Counted from the first letter of the stretch, positions 32,701 to 41,105 are shown. The stretch: DNA of 64,000 bases from Marinomonas sp. (GCA_052107635.1 JBQEFB010000020.1:330-64329), one strand, 5' to 3'. Made by a program: numbers and translations. Notes: a model not told the origin generated them from the letters alone.

Positions 32701-32861
32701 GTGCAGTTTTTTAACTCACCTTCGGTCGGTTTTGCTAAAGGCAGTAATTCCTTTAACCATGTTGCTTCATCAGTATTATAAAGAGGGGAAATTAGCTGCC
32801 ACAGCTCATTTAGTGGCCGCTGAATGAAGTTCGGTTGTAATACTTCAATTGCTTTAAACAT
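29739..32861 (-). CDS. putA: Bifunctional proline dehydrogenase / L-glutamate-gamma-semialdehyde (P5C) dehydrogenase PutA, lacking both the RHH DNA-binding domain and the C-terminal domain
   Basis: 1040 aa. PRODH barrel motifs (YSFDMLGEA, RLVKGAYWD), the ALDH catalytic region (ETGGQNA; GQRCSALR) and the end ..GTGPKAGGPHYLQRFAIEKQL*. Confidence 0.9.
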   Translation of the reverse strand: MFKAIEVLQPNFIQRPLNELWQLISPLYNTDEATWLKELLPLAKPTEGELKNCTDRATQLIEQVRKDDDSMSMIDALLLEYSLDTKEGILLMCLAEALMRVPDKATADAFIKDRLSVADWASHAKNSDSFFVNASTWGLLLTGKIVTMDENQDGTPANLVNRMVNRVSEPVIRKAMNQAMKIMGHQFVLGRDIKEALSRGKSYRDKGYTYSFDMLGEAALTSADADKYLKSYEQAVESVGRDTYTKGYRPTISIKLSALHPRYEVGSEERVMTELFESVKGLIAKARALNVGITIDAEEADRLELSLHLFEKLYRDESVKGWGLFGLVIQAYSKRALPVLAWLAALAKEQGDRIPVRLVKGAYWDSEIKLCQQRGINGYPVYTRKEATDTSYLACARFLLSEHTRANIFPQFASHNAHTIATISCLAQELGATTKEYEFQRLHGMGDALYNSLIKGNDICVRIYAPVGSHKDLLPYLVRRLLENGANSSFVHRLIDARCPISELVDHPVTTLEGRKSLSNPNIKLPIDMFENRKNSFGPNIEIESDWAPFKAKIDAFMTQDTQWRAFPIVGGNQIKTGQTHTIASPYDHSETAGQIDWADAATVTKAIDLADAAFPAWSARPASERADCLDKTADLMEENYAELIALCHREAGKTIQDSIDEVREAVDFCRYYAQQARTNFAAPHTFTNYLGQEQSVQMTGRGVFTCISPWNFPLAIFSGQVVAALVVGNTVVAKPAEQTSLIAIRAVELMHQAGVPTDVLHLLPGDGATVGAPIINDKRIAGLAFTGSTGTAQLINRTLAARGVAPVPVIAETGGQNAMLIDSTSLPEQVVRDAVRSAFASAGQRCSALRVMFVQEDIADRVIPMIKGAMQEQSVGLPYLHSTDVGPVIDKKAQMMLLEHIGRMKVEGKLIGETALPTFTDKGTYVAPTAFEIASIDQLTDEKFGPILHVVRYKAKDLDKIIDTINNSGFGLTMGVHSRNETTCARIARRARVGNLYINRDQVGAVVGVQPFGGQGLSGTGPKAGGPHYLQRFAIEKQL

Positions 32862-33223
32862 GATTAAATTCTCCCGCTACAAATCAAAAAAGCCTGTGTG
32901 TTTTTTGATTAGACCGTATGTTGTTAATAGGGCTTTAAGTGATTTCTCGTTTTTTAATTAATGTGCTTTTAGGTCATTAAGTGTCAAGAAATTGCATATA
33001 TGGATAATGAATACACTTTAATTTCAGAGCCTAGAAACTGTCTTTCGAAAAAGTCGGTTTTTTTTATAAGAAAATCCGATTCATAAATAAAAAATCGTTC
33101 AACGCGCAATAACTGTGCAACAACAGTCGCTAAAATAGTCGAAATGTTTTTAAGTTGGGCATTGGGCGTTTTTTCGGTGTTTTTAAGAAGGGGTGAATTA
33201 TAAAGACGGAAAAAGAGCTAGTT

Positions 33224-34000
33224 TTAGCTTTTAATGAATTGTTTCTGATAGCGTAATGGTGTGATTCCCAATACTTGGGAAAAAATATTCGTCATGGCAC
33301 TTTGGCTAGAGAAGCCACACATCTCAGCGACTTGGATAGAGGGTAAACCATCGCTTAGTAAGTGCTGAGCTCGTTCAAGTCGTTTACGCATTAAATACTG
33401 ATGAGGCGTGATACCGGTGCGTTCTTTAAAGCGTTCGTGAAATTGACTGACACTTAAAAAGCAGAAGTTCGCGAGTTGGCTAATATGCACGCGACGCGAT
33501 AGATTGAGTTCAATAAATTGATCTAATTTGCCAATATCTAACTGGTTGCCGCGTACTCTTACATCTCTATTATTGGTTAACTGGTGACGAATCGCACTTA
33601 ATAAAGTGTTACCACAGGCACGAGCTAGCATTGAATCATTAGGGTATTGTTGCAGTTCGCCCGATAGTGCGGATGCTAAAATTTGTAACCTTGGGTTTAA
33701 TTGAAAATAAGCCGCTTGATCAAATAAACGGGATACGATTTCATATTCTTCGTCTGTGATTGATTTTTGCGGTGGAATAGGAAGGTTAACGACCATTATT
33801 TGATTGTCACCCAGACCGGCAAAGGCATGACTGTTTTCTGATGGTAAAATACAACCGCCCCCCGTAGGAAGCTGTCTACTTTTCCCTTCAATATCAAAGT
33901 CCGTATTCCCATCAACCACGACGACCAGCTGGTGGTAATCATGATCGTGAGTATCGGCTTCATTAGGTAAACTGAAAACGTCAGATTCGGAAGAAGTCAA
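33224..34000 (-). CDS. AraC-family regulator (cupin sensor plus HTH), possibly PruR-like proline-utilisation activator
   Basis: C-terminal AraC HTH (..SVSQFHERFKERTGITPHQYLMRKRLERAQHLL..GFSSQSAMTNIFSQVLGITPLRY). It lies just upstream of putA, as pruR does in P. aeruginosa. Only a TTG start is available at 34000. Confidence 0.6.
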   Translation of the reverse strand: MTSSESDVFSLPNEADTHDHDYHQLVVVVDGNTDFDIEGKSRQLPTGGGCILPSENSHAFAGLGDNQIMVVNLPIPPQKSITDEEYEIVSRLFDQAAYFQLNPRLQILASALSGELQQYPNDSMLARACGNTLLSAIRHQLTNNRDVRVRGNQLDIGKLDQFIELNLSRRVHISQLANFCFLSVSQFHERFKERTGITPHQYLMRKRLERAQHLLSDGLPSIQVAEMCGFSSQSAMTNIFSQVLGITPLRYQKQFIKS

Positions 34001-34133
34001 AGTTCATAAACTCATCAGTATTATAATCGTAAGTAATGGCAAGTATAGCGGTCTTATCAGGCCTTTAGTAGAGGGGAGTGAGGGAGATTTAGCTCGGTTA
34101 AATTAAGGCTTTTTATAGGTGTTCAATAGAACA

Positions 34134-34163
34134 AAGACACCTTATTGATTTATAAGGCGTCTT
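34134..34163 (-). terminator. Hairpin downstream of qor
   Basis: AAGACACCTTA-N8-TAAGGCGTCTT, an 11-bp stem with one mismatch. Moderately T-rich on both sides. Confidence 0.5.
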
Positions 34164-34175
34164 TTCTTGATATGT

Positions 34176-35135
34176 TTAGTTTATTTGGATAACTAAGTTG
34201 CCTAATGCCCCTGGTAATAAGACATCATCGTGTGCCTGCGCCAGTTCTGAAAGAGCGTAACAGTGTCGAATAACAGGCTTTAAAATACCCTTTTCAAACT
34301 GAGGAAGCATGGCTTTGGCGATTTGCTGTAAGTCTGTTGGCGTTGTATTCGCAAGCGCTACACCAATGACAGATGCATCGCGGGCCATTAAATCTCTTGG
34401 ATTGATTTCTACGGTACCACGGTTACCGACAACGGCCACACAACCACCAAATGCCAGCGCTTTTAGATCCTGATCAAGGTTATGATTTGCAAGCATTTCA
34501 ATGATGACGTTGAAGCCTGTATCGATCGCTTGAAAAGGGACCAAATGGGCAATTTCATCATGTCTTATGACTGATTTTACCCCGAGTTTAGTTAGTAAAT
34601 CGGCACCCGCTTTAGTGCCAGCACTCGCGACCACTTCCATGCCTGCCGCTAAAGCAAGTTGTACCGCTGCAGTACCTACGGCACCAGTTGCACCATGAAT
34701 CAGTACTTTGTCACCTGCTTTGGCTTGAGCTCGTCCAAATAGTGCTCGATGGGCTGTTGTGAAGGGAATGCCCAGACAAGCCCCTTCAGCAAAACTTAAG
34801 CTGTCAGCGAGAGGAAAGAGTCTATCTGGGCTGCAAATCGTGTAATCGGCCGCAGAGCCGCCAAGATTGCGGTTGAAATATACGCGTTGGCCTACTGTAA
34901 ACCCTTCAATGTTGGCGCCGATTTCAGCAACAGTACCAGCGCCATCAGAACCAGGAGTATGAGGGAAAGTCGTTGAGTAATTATTACTTCCTGAGCGAAT
35001 ATAAGTATCTACAGGGTTTACACCTGCAGCCTGTACTTTTACTAAGATTTGATCAGCATTAATAACAGGAGTCTCGACTTCCACTAAATCAAGATCAGTC
35101 GCTGGACCATAAGCTCTTATTTGCATTGCTTTCAT
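34176..35135 (-). CDS. qor: NADPH:quinone oxidoreductase (zeta-crystallin/Qor-type MDR)
   Basis: 319 aa. GVNPVDTYIRSG, and the nucleotide motif HGATGAVGTAAVQLA. Confidence 0.8.
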   Translation of the reverse strand: MKAMQIRAYGPATDLDLVEVETPVINADQILVKVQAAGVNPVDTYIRSGSNNYSTTFPHTPGSDGAGTVAEIGANIEGFTVGQRVYFNRNLGGSAADYTICSPDRLFPLADSLSFAEGACLGIPFTTAHRALFGRAQAKAGDKVLIHGATGAVGTAAVQLALAAGMEVVASAGTKAGADLLTKLGVKSVIRHDEIAHLVPFQAIDTGFNVIIEMLANHNLDQDLKALAFGGCVAVVGNRGTVEINPRDLMARDASVIGVALANTTPTDLQQIAKAMLPQFEKGILKPVIRHCYALSELAQAHDDVLLPGALGNLVIQIN

Positions 35136-35476
35136 AGCATTCCTACCGTTTTTTAATTGTTGTTTAGGTTAGAGAGTCTCGTTAGAAGCAGTCTATGGGA
35201 TATTGAAATCCTTGTGAATAGTCTTTCGCTTGTATAGACGGTTGTCTGAAAAACAGAAATGTGGTGTTTTTAATATTTCTGTAACACAGTGATACTATAG
35301 TTTTAGCTTTAATATTAGCTGCTGAACAGATCGCTAAATAAATGCTTTTTGCATTCTTATATTTTGTGTCTTTGAGTGACTTATTTTAAATGAAATCGAT
35401 ATTTTTAAGAATTTAATAAACGGGTTTCCATTAAACCGTACGACAGCGATAAAGCGCTTAGGCGGAAGGATAAATT

Positions 35477-36187
35477 ATGAAAGAGTTAACCTCAGACCAC
35501 ACATCAAAACAGTTTAACAATGAGTTGGAAACCCTGCGTCAACACTTTTTGACTATGGGTGGTGTGGTTGAATTACAGGTACAAAATGCCGTTCAAGCGT
35601 TAATTGATAGTAATGGCTCTTTAGCAGAAGATGTGAAAGAAAACGACTCAATGGTAAATGAGTTAGACGGCATTATTGACCAAGAATGCAACCGTATATT
35701 AGCCAAACGTCAACCTACAGCAGGTGATTTACGTATGGTGCTAGCGATTAGCAAGGCGGTTAATGAGCTTGAGCGAATGGGTGACGAAGCGAAAAAAATT
35801 GCCAGATTAACGTTAAAGTTAATCGATGAAGGGGAATCTCCACGAGGCTATGTGGAAATTAACCGTATCGGTCAAATGGTGTCTCGTATGATTCATGATA
35901 CGTTAGATGCTTATGCTCGTTTAGATATTGATGCTGCTATTGTTGTTATGAAGCAAGATCATACTGTTGACCAAGAATATAAAACGGCACTTCGGTCGCT
36001 CGTTACTTATATGATGGAAGACCCTCGTAGTATCTCTCGTGTATTAAACGTAATTTGGGTATTACGCTCTTTAGAGCGCATCGGCGATCATTCGCGTAAT
36101 GTGTGTCAGCATTTAGTGTTTATGGTCAAAGGAATCGATGTTCGTCATGTTTCTGCTGACGAAGTTGATGCTCAAGTAAATCAATAA
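35477..36187 (+). CDS. phoU: Phosphate signalling complex protein PhoU
   Basis: 236 aa with two PhoU repeats carrying the E(R)xGD motifs (ELERMGDEA, SLERIGDHS). Confidence 0.9.
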   Translation: MKELTSDHTSKQFNNELETLRQHFLTMGGVVELQVQNAVQALIDSNGSLAEDVKENDSMVNELDGIIDQECNRILAKRQPTAGDLRMVLAISKAVNELERMGDEAKKIARLTLKLIDEGESPRGYVEINRIGQMVSRMIHDTLDAYARLDIDAAIVVMKQDHTVDQEYKTALRSLVTYMMEDPRSISRVLNVIWVLRSLERIGDHSRNVCQHLVFMVKGIDVRHVSADEVDAQVNQ

Positions 36188-36201
36188 CTGGATTATTCAC
36201 T

Positions 36202-36233
36202 CTGCTCTTTGCTTTAATTTGAGCAAAGAGCAG
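36202..36233 (+). terminator. Rho-independent terminator after phoU
   Basis: CTGCTCTTTGCT-N8-AGCAAAGAGCAG followed by CGTCTTTTT. Confidence 0.75.
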
Positions 36234-36344
36234 CGTCTTTTTAATTTCCCTTTCTTATGCTCTTTCTTTTAGTGATTCAGCGTTGGTTCTTTGCTTCAGT
36301 TTGCCTATCATTTACGGCTATTTATATTGATTAGGTAATTCTTT

Positions 36345-36854
36345 ATGTTTGAGATAGACGTTGACTCAAATGTCGCTCCAGAAACACATTATAAAATGTT
36401 GAACTCACAGTTAGCGTCGTTGTTAGCTGGTGAGCGTGATTTGATCTGTAATGCTGCACAATTTTCTGCGTTTATTATGCAAACTGTTGTAGAGCTTAAT
36501 TGGTCCGGTTTTTATTTCGCGCGTGGAAATGAGCTGGTGTTAGGCCCTTATATTGGCAAAGTTGCCTGCACTCGTATTCCATTTGGTCGTGGTGTCTGTG
36601 GTACAGCTGCTGAACAAAAAACCATTCAACGTATTGATGATGTTTATGCATTTGATGGGCATATCGCGTGTGATTCAGCATCTGCTTCTGAGCTAGTTAT
36701 TCCTGTTATTCTTCATGACCGTGTGGTTGGAGTATTTGATATGGATAGCCCTAAAGTAAAACGCTTCTCTCAATTTGATCAAGACGGCTTAGCATTACTG
36801 GTTAATACATTTGTGGCGGCAACGGATTTTAATTGGTTGTTTTCATTAGATTAA
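36345..36854 (+). CDS. msrC: Free methionine-(R)-sulfoxide reductase, GAF-domain protein (YebR/MsrC)
   Basis: WSGFYF...LVLGPYIGKVACTRIPFGRGVCGTAAEQKTIQRIDDVYAFDGHIACDSASASELVIPV is collinear with E. coli YebR. Confidence 0.85.
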   Translation: MFEIDVDSNVAPETHYKMLNSQLASLLAGERDLICNAAQFSAFIMQTVVELNWSGFYFARGNELVLGPYIGKVACTRIPFGRGVCGTAAEQKTIQRIDDVYAFDGHIACDSASASELVIPVILHDRVVGVFDMDSPKVKRFSQFDQDGLALLVNTFVAATDFNWLFSLD

Positions 36855-38642
36855 TGTCTCTTCACTTACTGGGTTTTTTGGGTTAAAAAAGTTCATTATC
36901 AAATGATTGAGTTGCGTTTGTGTTAAAGGAAAACGTAGATGCTGAAAGTTAGCGGTATTAGTAAGGGCTTGGTTAGAGATTGTTAAGTTCTGGTCACTCA
37001 AGATGTAACTGCCTTTTTCTTGCCAGTATTGGATACTCGCTTCAGCTTCTTGGCTTATTAGACCTGTGACTATGATGAGATCAATGTCGTCGTCATCTAA
37101 GTAAGATCCTTCGATGTAGCGTGTAGATTCAATATTTAAACTCGTAAGTTGAAGGCGTATAAAAGAGGCTAGGTGCGCATCTTGAGTAAAAATTAATGCC
37201 CTTTTAGATTCTAACAAGGTCGTTTTGGGGGGAGGATTTAGACGTTGATTGGTGTGATACGGAATATCAACCCAAAACTCTGTGCCTGTGCCAGGTTCAC
37301 TGGAAAAGTGAATTTCACCTTGCATAAGGTGGATTAATCGATAACAAAGGGACAGCCCCAGACCTATATCACTTTGCAATGCTAGCTGTTGGTTTTCCTC
37401 TATAAGAGGGGAAGAGCGTAAGCTTTTTTGTAATGTCTGATCCAATCCAAACCCAGTATCTTTCAGTGCAATTCTTAGCATCTTACAATGATTGTTTTCT
37501 AGGTTTGTGATTTGTTGTGTTGGGGTTAATTCAGATGTTTTAAGGTGAAGGCTTATACTGCCTTCGCAAGTATGCGTAATAGCACTTTGTACAAGTTCTA
37601 AAAGTACTTCTTTCATCCGTTTAAAGTCGAGATTGATCGTCTCTGGTAAATCAGGATCGATGTAGCTAACAAGCTTTAAGCCTTTACGTTCAAGTTTGGA
37701 GGAAAACACTTGAAGGCATTCCTCTATACTTTTCTGCAATGGCTCAGTGGTAGGGGTTAATGTAAGCTTTTTGGCATCAATAAGCGCTAAATCTGTGAAC
37801 ATATTAATGGTATGCAGTAGCTCATTTGCAGACTCTTTGATATTTAATAGGGACCCGGTGTTTGTACAAGAGATGCCTAATAACGCCTGAATTTGTGGGC
37901 GAGTCTCTTGCGCGACTAGTGTTAATATTTTCTCTTTTTCTTCATGGGTAGCCTGTACATCTTCCAAGAGTTTTTTGTTGCTACGTTGATTTTTTTTGAA
38001 TACAGAAAAGCTTTTGAGCATGCACAGAGATAGGGCAATTAAACAACCTAAAAATAAGATCATTAATATCCTTACACGTTCTAGATTTTCACCTAATGCT
38101 CTTTTTTGCCGGGAAATATATTTGTTAGTGCCTTTACTGACTAGGACCGTAAATTCATTTATTTGATTATCAATTTGCTTAAGGCGATAGGTCATATCAC
38201 TTAAATAAGAAAGATCCCCTTGTTCTATTTTCGATAGATTTAAGCTAATAAGTTCTAGTTCACCAGCAATAAGGTTTAGCAATCGTATTGTGCGGCCACC
38301 AGTTAATCCACGAATCAGATAGCCTACTTCGCCATTACGTAATACATCTATACGGCTCATTAATACATCGTATTGTGCGTAAGCAGCACCGTTTAGTGGT
38401 AGGTCGGTTTTATCAATTTGTACTAGGTAGTTTAAGAATCGATAGGATTGCAGTTGAAATTGCAGAGCGTTCCATAATGAGTTTTCATAAACACGTTGCT
38501 TGGTTGCTTGATTGCCAGTATAGGAATAAATAATAATATTAGAGGCGAGTAACGTAATAATGATAGTAAAAGCAATAAGGCCATAGCCATACCAATTTCG
38601 TAGTTTGGTGGCAGATACCCAGTGGCGTAATCGTTTTACCAT
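36846..38642 (-). CDS. Membrane sensor histidine-kinase homologue with degenerate H-box and N-box (probable pseudokinase) and a receiver-like C-terminal extension
   Basis: Two TM segments flank a periplasmic region of about 170 aa. DHp-like EKEKILTLVAQETRPQIQALLG has Gln where the phospho-His is expected. N-box-like LLELVQSAITHT has Asn replaced by Ser. The G1 (DTGFGL) and G2 (DIGLGLSL) boxes are retained. Confidence 0.7.
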   Translation of the reverse strand: MVKRLRHWVSATKLRNWYGYGLIAFTIIITLLASNIIIYSYTGNQATKQRVYENSLWNALQFQLQSYRFLNYLVQIDKTDLPLNGAAYAQYDVLMSRIDVLRNGEVGYLIRGLTGGRTIRLLNLIAGELELISLNLSKIEQGDLSYLSDMTYRLKQIDNQINEFTVLVSKGTNKYISRQKRALGENLERVRILMILFLGCLIALSLCMLKSFSVFKKNQRSNKKLLEDVQATHEEKEKILTLVAQETRPQIQALLGISCTNTGSLLNIKESANELLHTINMFTDLALIDAKKLTLTPTTEPLQKSIEECLQVFSSKLERKGLKLVSYIDPDLPETINLDFKRMKEVLLELVQSAITHTCEGSISLHLKTSELTPTQQITNLENNHCKMLRIALKDTGFGLDQTLQKSLRSSPLIEENQQLALQSDIGLGLSLCYRLIHLMQGEIHFSSEPGTGTEFWVDIPYHTNQRLNPPPKTTLLESKRALIFTQDAHLASFIRLQLTSLNIESTRYIEGSYLDDDDIDLIIVTGLISQEAEASIQYWQEKGSYILSDQNLTISNQALTNTANFQHLRFPLTQTQLNHLIMNFFNPKNPVSEETLI

Positions 38643-38647
38643 CTGTG

Positions 38648-39154
38648 TTATTCCTTGGTTGGGTCGGTAAGTACTTCTATTGTGTTAGCCTGCCAAATAG
38701 CTCGCCAATAAAAGGTTTCATTTTGTAATGTTGGATTACTATCGAAAGGGTACATGACCATTATAGGCCCCAAATTTCTAATACTAATAAATTGATCGTC
38801 TTTGCGGATAGAAAAAATAGCACCGTATTTTACAAAATCACTGATAGGGACCTCAATAACATATTTATTGAGTGCCGTAATACGCAGAATCGTTCCTTTA
38901 CCACCTATTAATTTGAGTATATCAACCGCTGAAACACCACTGTATTTATGTGGTGTTTTAAGCCAAGGTGTAGAGGTTATAAAACTATGTTGTGGTAAAT
39001 CCTCCAGCATTTCTCTATCAAATAGTGCTTTATTATCTGTATTTTTTTCGGAGATATGACCAGAAAAAGATAAAATCACCGGACCTGTTGGAGTCGGTAG
39101 AGCTTGTGCTGGTGGGATGAAAATAAACCCAATTAACAAGAGTAGGAAGCGCAT
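38648..39154 (-). CDS. Small secreted/periplasmic protein, possibly a molybdopterin-oxidoreductase-fold (SUOX-like) domain
   Basis: Signal peptide MRFLLLLIGFIFIPPAQA. The pattern ..DLPQHSFITSTPW...YSGVSAVDILKLIGGKG..LRITALNKYVIEVPISD...GPIMVMYPFD resembles stand-alone Oxidored_molyb-like domains. 5-nt gap to the kinase-like gene. Confidence 0.45.
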   Translation of the reverse strand: MRFLLLLIGFIFIPPAQALPTPTGPVILSFSGHISEKNTDNKALFDREMLEDLPQHSFITSTPWLKTPHKYSGVSAVDILKLIGGKGTILRITALNKYVIEVPISDFVKYGAIFSIRKDDQFISIRNLGPIMVMYPFDSNPTLQNETFYWRAIWQANTIEVLTDPTKE

Positions 39155-39413
39155 ACAATGGGTCTCTTAGAGTTCAATAATTCAGACTCATAATAAAGTG
39201 CAGATAATTTGTAGAGAAAGCAAACATTTCCTATAAAATAATATTATATAACTATTCTAATTCTATTTTATGAGGAAAGTTATTAATAGATTTTACTGGC
39301 AGCCATGATGTGTGGTGCCGTGTGATAAAAGAGGCTCTGTATGGAGCCTGTGATAAGTGCGTGTTACTCTCTGATAACTTGCGATCTAAATTTATTAACG
39401 AAAGGTAAAAAGT

Positions 39414-40193
39414 GTGATTACACAGCCATTTAAAGCAGCTGGTGCGTTTTTAAAAGCGTTACCTTTGTCCGTTTCTCCTGGACTAAGAATATTTATTGTT
39501 GTGCCGTTATTAGCGAACTGTGTACTTATGTTTTTACTGGTTATGGTAGCGAAGAGCTATTTTAATGATTTGATGACAATGGCGATGGGGTATTTACCGA
39601 GTTGGTTGGCATTTGTAAGTTGGTTATTTTATTTGATCTTTGCTGCACTCATTACTGTTTTACTGTTTTACAGTTTCTCTGTTGGTATCAATATTTTGGC
39701 AGCACCTTTTATGGCTTTTTTGGCTGAAAAAGTAGAAGAACGCCAGACCGGTAAGGTATTTGATGAAGCATTAACATTTAAATCTATTATGGCGATCACG
39801 GGACGCACCTTACAGAGAGAAACACAAAAGATACTCTACTTCGTTCCGCGTTTTATATTGCTGCTATTATTGTCTTTTATCCCTTTGGTTAACGTTGTTG
39901 CACCAGTGTTATTGTTATTGTTTTCTGCGTGGATGTTGGCGCTTCAATACATGGATTATGCCTTTGATAATAACAAGGTTGCATTTCACGATATGCGTCA
40001 GATGTTGAGAGCTAAGCCGTTACTTTGCTGGACGTTTGGCGGTATTGTTATGGTGGGTTTGACGATACCTTTGTTGAATTTATTTGTTATGCCAATCGCG
40101 GTTGTTGCCGCCACTTTATTGTGGATTTCAGTCTTTAGACCACAACATGGAGACTCCTCTTCATTAGTTGGTCGTACTAGTGGACTCTTGTAA
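39414..40193 (+). CDS. cysZ: Sulfate transporter CysZ
   Basis: Collinear with E. coli CysZ (..AAPFMAFLAEKVE.., ..VAPVLLLLFSAWMLALQYMDYAFDNNKV.F..MR..L). GTG start preceded by AAAGG. Confidence 0.85.
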   Translation: MITQPFKAAGAFLKALPLSVSPGLRIFIVVPLLANCVLMFLLVMVAKSYFNDLMTMAMGYLPSWLAFVSWLFYLIFAALITVLLFYSFSVGINILAAPFMAFLAEKVEERQTGKVFDEALTFKSIMAITGRTLQRETQKILYFVPRFILLLLLSFIPLVNVVAPVLLLLFSAWMLALQYMDYAFDNNKVAFHDMRQMLRAKPLLCWTFGGIVMVGLTIPLLNLFVMPIAVVAATLLWISVFRPQHGDSSSLVGRTSGLL

Positions 40194-41047
40194 TGTCGAT
40201 TAAGATTCTGGTTGTTGATGATGCCTCTTTTACGCGTGATTTAATCAAGCGCACTGTGCGTCAGCAGTTTCCTTCTTCTGTTGTAGAAGAAGCGGTTAAT
40301 GGACGAAAAGCTCAGCAGATGCTGTCAAAAACACAGTTTGATATGGTGCTGTGTGATTGGGAAATGCCAGAAATGACAGGTGTTGAGTTGCTTAAATGGT
40401 GTCGCCAGCAACCAGATTATCAAAAAGCAGATATTCCTTTTGTAATGATTACTAGTCGGGGAGATAAAAGCCATGTTGTTGAAGCGGTACAATCGGGTGT
40501 AACAGACTATTTAGGTAAACCCTTCTCGAGTGAGCAATTAGCGAATAAGGTATTATCTGCCGCTAAGAAACATAAAATGGACGGGAGATTAATTGCAGAG
40601 AACTCTAAAAATCCTGCGATTTCTGGTGGGCAAGGAGCGATCGCCGCTGCTTCTTTAAATGTTTTAATGGGAGCTAGCAAATCAACACAACCAGTCCAAG
40701 CGACGAAGTTTACAACTCCTACAGTACCAGCTCCCACCAGTAAGGATATTAAAATCCCTACGTTAGTGCGTTTTGAAGAGAAGCAGTTTCGTTGTATGGC
40801 GATTCAGCTTAGTAAACACTATGTGACTATTCTTATTAAAAGTGATGATGTTGTGCCTCAAGTATTAGGCCAAGCGGTACTGGATTTAGAGTTCGATGGA
40901 CAAGTTAATCGTTTAAATTACTATATTCAATCTGTTGCTACGACAGAAAAGAAACATGATTCGACATTTTTAACGGTGACGTTGGGGCTGATCGATCAAG
41001 ATGCCGAGAAAGAAAAATTCATCAGTGAGTTATTTAATAGTCTGTAA
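40193..41047 (+). CDS. CheY-like response regulator with an unassigned C-terminal domain of about 110 aa
   Basis: Intact REC signature (VVDDAS, VLCDWEMPEMTG, MITS, GKPF). Followed by a low-complexity linker and a beta-rich C-terminal domain. Its ATG overlaps the cysZ stop (TAATG). Confidence 0.75.
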   Translation: MSIKILVVDDASFTRDLIKRTVRQQFPSSVVEEAVNGRKAQQMLSKTQFDMVLCDWEMPEMTGVELLKWCRQQPDYQKADIPFVMITSRGDKSHVVEAVQSGVTDYLGKPFSSEQLANKVLSAAKKHKMDGRLIAENSKNPAISGGQGAIAAASLNVLMGASKSTQPVQATKFTTPTVPAPTSKDIKIPTLVRFEEKQFRCMAIQLSKHYVTILIKSDDVVPQVLGQAVLDLEFDGQVNRLNYYIQSVATTEKKHDSTFLTVTLGLIDQDAEKEKFISELFNSL

Positions 41048-41105
41048 TGTGTGAATACAAACTTTCAGATGAAGATGGCTTACTGTCTACGCAGCAAGCC
41101 ATTTT

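Noticed and set aside
32881-32909. Perfect 10-bp inverted repeat AATCAAAAAA-N9-TTTTTTGATT in the putA 5-prime leader.
   Set aside because: The stem is almost pure A/T and thermodynamically weak. It may be an operator for the adjacent AraC-type regulator, but there is no second copy or other support.
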